From the NCBI GenBank assembly GCA_002633005.1, contig NMRA01001263.1, positions 1 through 33,067 of the forward strand: DNA of 33,067 nucleotides. The letters run 5' to 3'. The notes under the pieces were generated by a model, which saw nothing but the letters and a program-made list of their open reading frames with translations, did no database searches and had not been told where the DNA came from. This document shows positions 1 to 28,957 of the stretch, in pieces; the first letter of the stretch is position 1; every line of letters begins with the position of its first letter. This DNA comes from Phoronis australis (lineage: Eukaryota; Animalia; Phoronida). Both the position numbers and the translations under genes were made by a program.

Positions 1-55
1 CTTTTGGGGTGACTACGCAAACATTGCCGCAACCTGCATCCTAGACCAGGCGTGT

Positions 56-194
56 GTTCAGTAGACGCTAGGACCTACGCTAGGACCTAGCTAAAACCTA
101 GTCAAAGTCACGTGTTCTCATTTAAAATACCCAGCAATATCTCACGTAATCTCGCGAAGTCTTGCTTTTTAGTGAGGTCCTAGCGTTACTGAAC
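56..194. repeat. Small inverted-repeat element (MITE-like remnant)
   Basis: GTTCAGTAGACGCTAGGACCT (56-76) vs AGGTCCTAGCGTTACTGAAC (175-194); internal tandem ACGCTAGGACCT x2. Confidence 0.55.
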
Positions 195-529
195 GGGAGG
201 CAGATGTCCCAGTTTTTCATTTTGGAATGTAGGCAACCGACCTATGTGGCCACTGAACTAACCAAATAAAAATTATGTCCATGTGGATATACCTTCTCAA
301 GTTGATAATTCAAAGCCAAATCACCACCTGGGACAATATAATGCCTATTTATGATATTTGAGAATGAGAGGGAAATGCCAGAGCCAGCTCCCTATCAGCT
401 CACTGTTTAGTAGAACTCCCTGTAATTAAGAGTAAATGAGAACAACTAAAGACTCCTACAGTACTCAAGTTGCTCTTGAGGATCAATTCCAGTCTTGGTT
501 GTGCTCTTATTCTGTGTATTATTTTACAG

Positions 530-18389
<17,860 letters not shown>

Positions 18390-18985
18390 CTCTGTGCAAC
18401 TGCATTCTCCCTCAAGACCTCTCATCAGACTTATTATAAGTAAATTAAAAATTAAAACAAATGTTCACCCTAAAGTCATGGTTGTTTGGGATTTTTAAAG
18501 ATTCGATGTACTTCCATTTGTTCGTGACTTTATGTTGGAATTTTTCCGGAGTGCTTATAATTCCCAGGTCTTTTTATTCCACGCGTTTGTTTACATTTTA
18601 CTCCACGCGTTTGTTTACATTTTAGTTGACCTGTTTGTACTGTCCACATGTGTTACTATTCAGTTTCTGTATATTTTACCAAACTACATATTAAAGACTG
18701 AAGTAGCTTCACCAGGCCTCGCTCTTAAAAGGAAATGGTGATAGAGTTCTCATTCTTTAGTTTGGGAGGTAATAAACTCTGTACATAGAACTAGTGCAGT
18801 TGGTAATGCACGCACCCTGAACATTTGCTCAAATTATCCTTTGCAATACATACCTGGACTTTTGAAATTGTCTATAACATGCACACAGACCGATCATTTA
18901 TTTGATAATTACTGAAATTCTTCACCTATTTAGCATACAATGTCCAAAAAGGAACAAAATAGAGATTATTAAAGAAAAAATCACT

Positions 18986-19203
18986 TGACACAGGGAAATT
19001 CATTTTTTCCATCAAAAAAAGTGGTAAGTACCTGCAGAAATTTTCAACGTTTGCCATTCTTGATGTCTTCCTCAGCGTTGCATCAAGTTTATGTCTGCCC
19101 TCGTAACCAGGTATGCATTGAGGAAGACAGGATTGGCAGGTGTTGAGTATTTCTGCAGGTATTTACCTTTTTATGGATGGAAAAAATTAATTTCCCTGTG
19201 TCA
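18986..19203. repeat. Fold-back inverted repeat in the putative DYRK4 3'UTR
   Basis: TGACACAGGGAAATTCATTTTTTCCATC...TACCTGCAGAAAT...TGTCTTCCTCA pairs with TGAGGAAGACA...ATTTCTGCAGGTA...GATGGAAAAAATTAATTTCCCTGTGTCA. Confidence 0.9.
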
Positions 19204-20950
19204 TTTGCTTTTCACCCGATGAAACTGTTTGAAGAAAAATTCCGTTGATTAGCACGATTTGTACTATGTAGACGACACAAAATAATTTTTCATCGTTTCC
19301 ATTAGTTACAGCAATGTAATCAGCCTTTTGTGAAAAATGGTTCATTTTTTCCCTCAAAATAAGTGAAGAATTATTGTAAAGTAACAGTGCTCTAATTTTT
19401 TAGCAAATTCACAAATGCCTGCTTTTTCAAATTGTAAAATTTCAAAAGTACTGGTGCGTTGTAAATAGCCAACAGGGAAGTTAAGCATCGTATCAAACTG
19501 TGGCCAACTCTACTACCATAACTTTGTAGTACATGCATATTAGATTGTTGTTATTCAGTAGCCTGATGATATGTTCCCATATGGCCTTTATGACACAAGT
19601 ATCAAGAGCCAACCTGTTATGTGTCTAGGGAAGCCTACACCTTGTGCCAGATATTCAATTTCAATTGCCAGTATAGTTAGATGCAAGTTCTGTACATAGG
19701 TGAACTGTGCACTCTTGTGAATTTTGTTAAACAATCACTCTTGTACATATCACATGTATTTTCACTTGACGAGAGTCAACAATGTTGTATGTTGTTGAAG
19801 TTTGAAATATTCTAAACATTTTTACGGTTATAGTATAAACATAAAGTTAGTTACTGACTTGTGAACTAGGATTAAAACAAGCACGGAGACGTCTAGGTCT
19901 GCATGAAATTCCTATTCAGTGCATGCATTGTGGGCTTAACCACTGTAATTGAACGCTTAGCTAACATTCAGGAAGGGTGGCCTAGCCTGAAATGTACTAT
20001 GTTAATAAATTTCTTAGCATTGGAGGCATCTCTGTGCTCTTTTTAATTTCATCTTCATGTAACTAGCTCGTAATGAACTTGATTTTACTGTCTGACTTGT
20101 AAATATTAGATTGAATATTTATTGAATTTGTTTTAAGAAAGATATTGGGAAATGTGTAAACTTGGCAGCTAGATGAGATTATTTTTAAACTGGGCTGGCC
20201 AAGTTTTACATATTCCCCACTAGAATGTTACGTCATAATGTCCAGTCATAATGGGTAAGGAAAGTTCGTTGAACTAGCAGTCGTTCAAATAGAGCTCTGA
20301 TATTGACGACTTTCATCACATTATATGTAGTTTGTATCACTTCCCTGACTGGAAAAACCCGTCCAGCAATTGAAGTCTTCAGATTTGAGCAGCATTCTTG
20401 CCAATGTTTTCACACAAGTTGAGGTTTTTATGGCCAGACAAACATCACTTAAATGCTTCTTGAATGTTCCGAATGATAGAAAGGTTTTGCATAGAAATAC
20501 AACATCATTGGTTTATCCACTTGCCAGGTAGAGTCAACAACCAATAAAACTTAGCAAGCTGAACATTACCACAATGTAAACCAAGATTTCCTAGAGTCAA
20601 GTGAGCTTAATGTAACCACCTGCTACAGTTCGTTACTGACAACTTCTCGTTCAAGCCTTAAAAGGGTCAGTGCTGCGGAACAGTATTGTGTAGAAGTCTC
20701 ACTTCATCGTATAATATTTGAAATAATATTTGAAATACTAATTCACCATGGCAGTCAATATAAGCAAGAATCAAGTCAGTAGTATAAATGAGCTATTTTT
20801 AGTGGTTGAAACCATGCTTGTTTGAGATGTTCTGATACTGCAATCCTATATATACCAAGATTTGTTGGGACGTTCATGTACTAGACTTCAATTGTTCACC
20901 AACTGTGATCAATTACTGTTGTTATACACTTGTATTATAAAAGATACCAA

Positions 20951-21040
20951 AATAAAAAGTTTGAATTCAAACCGTGTTAGTTTCTCCATCTTTACAATGG
21001 GCATGGGTATATATAGAGCACGATTTGCGACTCAAATAAA
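20951..21040 (+). terminator. Candidate distal poly(A) signals of DYRK4 (AATAAA at 20951 and 21035)
   Basis: AATAAA hexamers near the point where + strand composition shifts from T/G-rich to A/C-rich; more proximal AATAAA also exist (e.g. 18771). Confidence 0.45.
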
Positions 21041-21055
21041 ATAAGATATAATTTG

Positions 21056-21089
21056 TTTATTACATTACATATTTGAATTTATGTTTATT
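21056..21089 (-). terminator. Candidate poly(A) signals of MFF (TTTATT at 21056 and 21084)
   Basis: Two minus-strand AATAAA ~1.1 kb downstream of the MFF stop. Confidence 0.5.
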
Positions 21090-22210
21090 CAATCCAAACG
21101 GAAATGTCAGTAAATGAAGAGACATCAGTGACTAAATTCATTACGTAATTAATTAGCACGATTTAATTACAATTAACGTTCCCTTGAAGTATTACAAAGA
21201 TTACATACATATTAATAGGTTCATTTGCCCTTCTTGAAATCTCGAGACGTTCAAAATGGAAAGTAAACAAATCAACATTCAAAACTCAACATTGCACCAA
21301 AAGTAACAAAACACCTCATATCAGAGCAACGTGATGTAAGACGATCACTTCTATACTGTACGTGATACAAAGATGCACAAATTACAGCACAAAAAATCAA
21401 TTCTTGAGTTTCACGAAAGAACAAAACCCTCAATATTGATCAATGATGAGCAAGCAAATATGAAAACTAACAGCAGAAACATCCACTCACGAGTTAAAAG
21501 CACAGATTTCTTCTATAGAATGTACAACACGACAGGGCTGCAAAATCAGAAAGCAATGTCTCAGAATTGGACAGACAGTTCTTGGATTGTAGGCATATTA
21601 CAACAGTTTGGTCAGTTATTAATGTTTAAGCACCATGTGCAGAATAGACTTCTCAATGACCTCAGTTATAACTGAAACAAAAATTTATGAATTCTGACAC
21701 ACAAAGGCACTTGCCAAATTTTTACCAACATTTTGACCATTTTCATGCGTCTTAATTACAACAAATGCAACTCTTGCATGTAGCAAGAGCATGCAAGTAA
21801 CTTTTGCTTCATTCAAGCGTCAAATTTCATTGAACAGAATAGTTAAGAGTGAAGGAACTTGATGTGTAATTTCTTTCATCAAAGGATATTTCACCAAGTG
21901 TTGCAGAACATACTTACTGAATACCTGACAGTGTAAAGTTGCATAATCTGTAAGGTGAACCTTTTTAAGACTTTTATATAGCTTCAAACCAACCCATAAG
22001 TTTGTTAATGTTTTTACAATAGACACCAAAAATCCATGAAGTGTTTTTGCACTTTTTACGAACCAAATCATGATTGGAATTCTGGAACCAAGATATTTTC
22101 TGACCTATTTAAGCCAAGTAAATTGAATTTATTACAACTTCTCAAAAATTAGAAGCACTTTTCTGTGAAAATAGTCATAAATCAAATTCTTCTCAACGCA
22201 TTGGCTTTGT

Positions 22211-22430
22211 CTAACCCCGAAGCCATGAAAACATCTTCATAAGGATATATCCTATCACAAGTGGGTATAGTACTAATTCTCTCTGGTATCGCCGTTTATT
22301 GTCCTCTTCTAATAATGATATTTTCCTGGTCATCTTCAGCAAATGTCGCTTCATCAGCACGTCATTAGTGTCATCACCCGTACTCAGAAATAATGCATCA
22401 GGGTTGGAGTATATAGAGAGTTCAGCGTCC
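22211..22430 (-). CDS. MFF: MFF last coding exon (coiled coil and TM anchor); absent from the supplied ORF track
   Basis: tttattccag|G GAC GCT...CGG GGT TAG; DAELSIYSNPDALFLSTGDDTNDVLMKRHLLKMTRKISLLEEDNKRRYQRELVLYPLVIGYILMKMFSWLRG. Confidence 0.9.
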
Positions 22431-25400
22431 CTGGAATAAACATACAGAGTTCAGAGTCTCTGGAAGTAGTACACAGAGTTAAGTGTTCCTGGAAAGGAGA
22501 CTGTGTCATAGGAATAGAACAAATTGGAGTTTAAGCTCACCCCAACGTATGGTGCAGATTTTTGAAAAGTGAAAGCAGTGTTTGGGACTGTTTATTGATC
22601 AGCTTCAGCCATAATAACAATGTAGCACACACAAGTGGTTGGCATTTTATGATACGAAAAAGGGTTTGCTAGGTGGGACCTTTTTCCATTCAAATACTGT
22701 GCTTTACATGTATTGCAAGGTTTATATAATTATACAAACACAATATTATTCATGGAAACCAGGATATTGTTCACTTAACTGACCATCTAAAACACAAACT
22801 AAAAATCAGGTTACCGCTGGCACAAAATATGTCTCAAACTTTTACATACAATGACAGATAATAATTTCCCCCAACAGACCATTCCATTGGCAAGTAAAAT
22901 GATTGTCTAAATTGCCTGCACATTTTGTGATCAACTGGTTCCAGAAATATTGACTCATTTATTGTTATCCTATCATTTTACCCAAGTTTCTCAATTCTTT
23001 AAGTATTCAGTACTTTTCAGTATTGTAACATCGGTGTTAAACAACAACAAAATATTTTACAGGTTTTGTGAGAGGCATTCAGGGCAAAAAACAGAAACTA
23101 ATTACTTAACACATTAACGCTAAAAAATACTATGAAACAGAAAAGGTGATTACATATAACTTAGACCCAAATGGTCATGTTTCTTCAATAAACACATCTT
23201 TAAACTCAATGCCATGTACACTTGAATTTATGGTATACAATGAATTGTGTAAATTGAGTGTGAATGGAATGCTAAATATGTACAGAACGTGTTGTGTGAT
23301 TACTTGTTATTGTAACTGCCATTCTTGTTATTAAAAAGTGTGTCAAAATGCCATAAATCTTAAGCAGGTTGGCAAACATTGGGTCACTTGATATCAGTTA
23401 CCAGTTATCTGACAACACAACTTAATGGTAGAAACCAACTGATACCATGACAAGGCAAATTTTGAGATCACGTTGTTCAAGTAAGTCTAAATCAGCTCAT
23501 TTCAAATCATCCCCGTTTTGGCAAAAGTAGGGAGGATGTTCTTTTAAATGTCAAATGAGTGCAGAAATTACCCATGTCCTAAAGCATCTTGCTCAGGAAG
23601 CACTAGCTCCCCCTGGTAGTCCTGATTAGCCTTTGAAGTATGCTGCTCATCTGTATCAATGACATCAGGAAAAGGTCGCTCATCTAGAGTAAGAACGCGT
23701 GGCGGTGTGGTCAAACCCACATATTGGTCATTAGGGGTCACTGAAGGTAAATCCAAATCTGAGAAATTCCGCGTATTTTCTCGAAGACCAATATGTTGAT
23801 TTTGCCCTGTAATGATCAATTCACTCATCAACAAAAGTCCAACTCAAAAGAAAACCTTTTTTCACAATCATTTAAAAATTAGTGAAAAAAAATTAAAAAA
23901 AACACTCCTTTATCAAAACTCGCACATAGACTGCCAATGCATACCAACTATACCACCAACTGAAGGTAAATGTCAAGTACTAAAAGCCATTACATTGAAT
24001 TTTTTTCATACCTTAAATTCCACAAAACCTGTTAAAAAATAGAGAATTACATTTCACTACCCAAAGAGCTCAATCTTATCGTTATCAAATCATATCATCG
24101 TTCATTGCTTCTATTTTTGTGGCATGAGTTTTGGACATAAGATATCAAGTGCATACTCAACCCAAACTCAAATTTCAGACATATGGTAACAAATGGTTAC
24201 ACAACCCTGACTCAAATTTTGGACTTAACATAACAAAAGGTTACTCAACCCAGACTCAAATTTCCATTTTCTTAATTCAAATAAAGGAGAATGCCACCCA
24301 ATTTAATTAGTCACGTTCCGTTGCCTGTGCATGTTCATGGCACCTCTCTAGTATTTCTTGATCAGTGTATTCCGGTTCGAACTGATAGCCTGTGAAACCT
24401 AACAATCCGACCCGTGAAGTCTTCGTCGGATGAGCCCTTCACTAAGGCGGGAATGCCATGTAGATGTTTACTATTCTGCGTTCTGTTTCAAAATAAATTA
24501 TTCTCATCCTAAAATGATCCTAACCAATGCTTATATGAAACTGAAACAAAGTCTGTCTCATTACTTGTAATGCCTTGGAGTGCTCAGGAGTGCAAATGTT
24601 TTGAGAAGCCAGTAATGAATAAACCCCTGCGTTACCGGCTTTTGATGCCGGCAACAAAGGTAATTGACCCGGCCGGGCACCGAGGCCGTGTGAGCACAGT
24701 GTTTGCTGACAGAAAGCTGTTGTGAAACAATCACTCGATTTTATATGCTATGGTCACATGTTAGGGGAATCTTTATTTAGAAATACAAATACATTATTCA
24801 AATCATTGTTACTGTACAACCTTATCCCTGACGGTCTGTGGAAGGGGAACCAGACTTCGCGGCCACCGACAAGTAAGTAGATTTTCAGTTTCATGGCTAA
24901 TTCCCATAAATAATTACATGCACATTATTTCTTTGGCTCACTATTATAGTCTTTTCGTGACTGGAGATTTAGTTTCCAACTCAAGCTGGTTTATGTTCGT
25001 GCTAGTCCAGCGGCTGCGATGGGCCTGATCGGGTTCCGAGCCACTGGCAGGGACTAAAACGAGTCAGTCCAGCAGCGACGGGACAGATCGGGTTCCAAGC
25101 CACTGGCCGGGATAACAAGCGTTATATTGTTTAGAACTCAAAAAATCACAAGTATAAACAACACAGATCTAGGTTCTACTGTCTGTATTTCACAGAAGAA
25201 TACTTCGAATTTATCTCCGAACAGACCCCAAGCTCCTGCTACGGACCTTGGTAAATTGGCCTGCCGAACGTTGTAGGCTACGGTGTGTCCAAAAACCAGC
25301 AAATCCATAACAGCGAATTAAAACAACACGTTTTTATAAGAACTCAGTGTATTTTTAAGGGTTTTACATCGAAGTTTGATGATTTATTGGTGTTAAACGA

Positions 25401-26026
25401 TGAATTCAAGCGATAAGCCGACACCACTAACCCGTGTTGTGAACTGATGAACAGACTGCGTATGAAACCAATTACGTCATTGGATAATTTCAACACCTCC
25501 GTCTGCCGTCAGGTGTCGGGTAACGCAACCCAACCTGCCGTTATCGAGTAGAATTACTCGATCTAAATTGATACAAAATAGGTTGTTTTTTGGGTGGCAT
25601 TCTCCTTTAAATATAGAGAATTCAATGTTGACCTTGAAATGTTCAAATATAGGACAAACAAAATTATTTGACTGGAAAATCATTGAGAGAGACAGAATCT
25701 GCTTTTGAATGGTATCAGATATAAGCACTTGCAAAAATTCTACAATGTTAAGGTCAGAATCTTAGCATCTGCGTTTGGGGTCTAAGCCCAGTTCACTTTC
25801 TCCCACCTGCAATGAGAATTCTGTCTGGTACTGACATCTCCATGTGCCCTTTGTCAGGTACAGGAGGGTGAAGGTCCTCATCCTCACTCTTGTGAGTAAA
25901 TATACCAGACAGTCTGTTGGGCACCCTCATCTTGGTGTTAATGTCTCGGGTGAATTGTGGGTTGTATGTGTTAGGAGAGAAGTCATCATACTCTGCTGGT
26001 ATCTGCCTTAAAGGTGAGTCCACCAT
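22211..26026 (-). CDS. MFF: Mitochondrial fission factor (MFF / Tango11 family), 224 aa; complement join(25807-26026,23572-23806,22211-22430)
   Basis: Drp1-binding repeats MRVPNRL and MSVPDRILIAG, TPPRVLTLDERP motif, C-terminal coiled coil (KRHLLKMTRKISLLEEDNKRRYQRE) and tail anchor (LVLYPLVIGYILMKMFSWLRG*); GT-AG phases 1 and 2 consistent. Confidence 0.92.
23572..23806 (-). CDS. MFF: MFF coding exon 2
   Basis: attacag|GG CAA...CAT GG|gtaatt; DLDL..VGLTTPPRVLTLDERPF. Confidence 0.92.
24129..24264. repeat. 44-bp tandem repeat, ~3 copies
   Basis: TACTCAACCCARACTCAAATTT-like unit start recurs at 24154, 24198, 24242. Confidence 0.75.
24285..25606. mobile_element. Non-autonomous Kolobok-like TIR element in an MFF intron
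   Basis: Perfect 16-bp TIR AGGAGAATGCCACCCA / TGGGTGGCATTCTCCT; flanks ATAA (24281-84) and TTAA (25607-10); CpG-richer interior; internal ~50-bp direct repeat at 25004-25053 / 25066-25112; no long ORF. Confidence 0.8.
25807..26026 (-). CDS. MFF: MFF coding exon 1 (R1/R2 repeats)
   Basis: cattacag|ATG GTG GAC...GCA G|gtggga; YNPQFTRDINTKMRVPNRL. Confidence 0.92.
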
Positions 26027-27769
26027 CTGTAATGAAGACCACGCTAAGGATGTTCAAGTTTATGCTGTGACAGTGTTGCAACGATTCAATGACTTGGAGC
26101 TGACATTGCAGTTATAGAAAGAAACACTGTTCTATCAAAATAGATTCCAAAATTGTAAAATCAATTCCACATGCTAATCTGTGTCTTGCAATATTTTTAA
26201 ATAGTCAAAGCATCAACTGATGTTCTCCAGAGAAACAGAACATTCATGTTTTGATTGGGTCTCATTGTCCACCATAGTGAACAGCCTTGCTAGTAGCTAG
26301 CACTCAGTCACAATCAACAACACTAAAACCAATTCAGAATCGAACCTCGAATCAGACAGGATTCTGATAACTCAATTCTAAAAAATTGTTCAATTCTCAA
26401 CACTAATGGCAGTAATATGTGAATTCCATTCATTATTAGAAACACTACCATTGGTAATCCGAAAGCAAAAATGACAGCAATGGCATCAATATTTAAACTG
26501 TATTACAAGTCAAACGCTGTTCATAATATCACTCAATTTCATTCTGCTCATTATAAGTTCCTGGTCAAGCTAGAAAATGAAAGGCCAACAATGATTTTCA
26601 GATATTTAAAAAATTCACCTTAAAGCAGTATTTTAACACAAAGTTCAATTCTTACTCGAAACAGTAAATCTTGTAACATTTTCACGGCAAATGCCGCATA
26701 AAAGTCACGAACGCGAGTACAAATATACCCTCTATTTTGTGTAAAATTGTAATTTGATGTGAACAGCTGATCTTTGACAATGAGAAATTTTTGTGCATTT
26801 TTGATGCTTGCTAATCTTTTAAAGTCCACATTCTGATTTGCACTTGACAGAGCTGTTAACAGATGGAACCTTAGATAGCTTTGCTGTTCACCTGATCAGT
26901 GGAGCTCTTTTTTGCAGAACAAGACTAGTTGAGGGAGGTATTTGATCAATAATTGAAGAAATCTACAGCCTTGAATTAGAAAAAAAGTATTGAAAAAAAA
27001 TTCTAAATGGGATGTCAAACACACACACTGGCTCAGTACAAATACAACTGCCCTACATAGAAAGTTGTGAAAATAAGTATCAATGTTGCATTGACAAATA
27101 AGTACTGATGAAATGACAACCACAACAAAAGAAGTCATGTCCATCGGTACCTCCACATTCAAGTTCATTTTCTGCCCATATTTTAAATTTTTATGCAGAC
27201 TGCAGATCAAAGCCCTCCATTGTTAAGAATTACCTCTTGTTAATTCTCTACTTATTTCACAAATAATGTTTTCCTGATAGGTAGGTAGGTAGTCTGTGCC
27301 AAACAGACTTTGTAGTTGACAGGTGAGCAAAACTGAGTAATCAAGTGACACCTGAGGCAGTTCATTTTTGAGTTGTAAATGACCTCTACCACAAGTGTGA
27401 ATGTGCGTATGAATGTGGGTATGAATGTTTTCTCTTCATTAAAAAGTATTATGTTTAATAAAAAGATTCATACGATTGGTTAAAAAAGAAATAAAAACCG
27501 CCTGTGCAAATTTAAATGCCGTGTGCAAATCTAACGAAATGCAGCCTGCAGGTTTTTCAAAGTCACTCAAATAATCTATTATATCCTCTGCAGTATAAGA
27601 GTACTTCATCCCATCATTGGTGAAACACTTTTTGAGCTTGAAGCTCTGAGAGACACTACTCATCCAGGTCAAAACTTTCACCTCATATTAAACTATAGCA
27701 TGAGATATCCCACATTCAAATGGTGAAAATATAATACAGACCGTATCAACACAGTTTAAGACCACAGGT

Positions 27770-28468
27770 GTCCTCAGCTTCTGATCATCCCCAATACACT
27801 ATATACTACAAGGTATGGCAATCGGGACAAGTAAACAAGGGTGTTTCACTTCATTCGTCCATACATCAAACACAAAACTCAAACAATTTACCCAAAACCA
27901 AGATTCAACAAATCATGAGCAATTGTTCTTTTTTCTGATAGCATTTACAGTGTCCTATTCCAGTGAGTTCACAACAAATTCCCGGTCAAAGCACAAAAAT
28001 CTTCCCAAAAAAAACCGATGCATACCGTCTCCACTGTGTCCCACAGAAATTGCAGATTGGTCACAGAAGGTTACTACATCAACAACTCCACACTCCCCAA
28101 GACCATTTCGTAACCTTCCATGATGAACCGGCAATTGCCATGCATCCGTAACTCATAATTTTGTACCGTACTTGACCTTGAACTGACTCACATGGGACAC
28201 TGGAGACAGTACGCATCGGCTTTACGGGAAGGTTTTTGTGCTTTGACCACGAATTTGTTGCAAACTCGCTAGAGCAGGACACTGTCAATGTAGTCAGAAG
28301 AAAGAACAATTGCTCATAGTTTGTTGAACCCGTTTTATGTAAATTTATTGAGTTTTATGTCTGATATGGACAGCTGAAGTGTGGACCCGTGGAATTCCTA
28401 GTTCCGAGTACCATGTACCATGACTACCATGTGTTTGTGTAGTATGGGGACGATCATAAGCTGAGGAC
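27770..28468. repeat. Long degenerate inverted repeat (~275-bp arms, ~145-bp spacer), fold-back/MITE-like
   Basis: GTCCTCAGCTT...TGAGCAATTGTTCTTT...GGTCAAAGCACAAAAA...CCGATGC mirrored by GCATCGG...TTTTTGTGCTTTGACC...AAAGAACAATTGCTCA...AAGCTGAGGAC; opposite-strand ORF translations match (SSEFTTNSRSKHKNLP / SSEFATNSWSKHKNLP). Confidence 0.9.
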
Positions 28469-28559
28469 GTCTAGCTGTGCACTACTCGAAAACAAGGAGG
28501 GTCCTCGGCCATGGTCGAGTGTACCTGTGTACTCGGCGATGTTACAGTATACACCTTAC

Positions 28560-28690
28560 TCATCAACTATTTCTCAAAATCAACATCTTCTCTTGAGTCT
28601 TGACTTGGTTTCGTTCTATTTCAATCGTGATTTCAAGAACGTCTTGGATGGCCTACAGAATAAGCGTAGAAACGTAGAACCGCATGTTGA
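28560..28690 (-). other. MFF: Probable non-coding first exon of MFF
   Basis: The MFF ATG sits directly after an acceptor, which implies an upstream exon; minus-strand donor GA|gtaagg at 28560/28559 in a CpG-richer zone; 5' boundary is a guess. Confidence 0.45.
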
Positions 28691-28888
28691 GAACTCTTGA
28701 ATATCAAAGCTTTGGGCTTACCTTAAATAAAGTTCCAGCTAATGAAACTTTGGCTGCAAACAAACAAAAACAGGACTCACAAAACTCTAGGAAGCCGACT
28801 CAGGAAACGATTATATCTGCCATTTTTAATTTTGAATGTGTACTTTTTTCTACGTCATCAATATTTGTGTAGATCGTCTGGTGGCAAT
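28690..28888. promoter_or_regulatory. Putative bidirectional promoter region, MFF/REC114
   Basis: Inferred only from the head-to-head layout; no core promoter element confidently identified. Confidence 0.4.
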
Positions 28889-28957
28889 ATGTCATCTGTA
28901 TGGAAACTTTCCAGATACGCCAAAAGCAAAAATGTTGATTCAAGAGAAGAATGGGAA
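28889..28957 (+). CDS. REC114: REC114 coding exon 1 (MSSVWKLSRYAKSKNVDSREEWE)
   Basis: W-x-L-x-R-Y motif; weak donor GAA|gttggc; a possible acceptor tgtgtag at 28872 may indicate an upstream exon. Confidence 0.8.

Noticed and set aside
364-432. ATG-initiated short frames as the DYRK4 first coding exon
   Set aside because: Both ATG frames stop before a convincing in-phase donor; the start probably lies upstream of the window
22541-22587. Possible additional MFF exon on - (cag|TCCC...GGG|gtgagc)
   Set aside because: 47 nt, poor pyrimidine tract, and no downstream acceptor restores an open frame to the TM anchor
27815-28309. Two similar ORFs on opposite strands suggesting paralogous small genes
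   Set aside because: They are translations of the two arms of the inverted repeat
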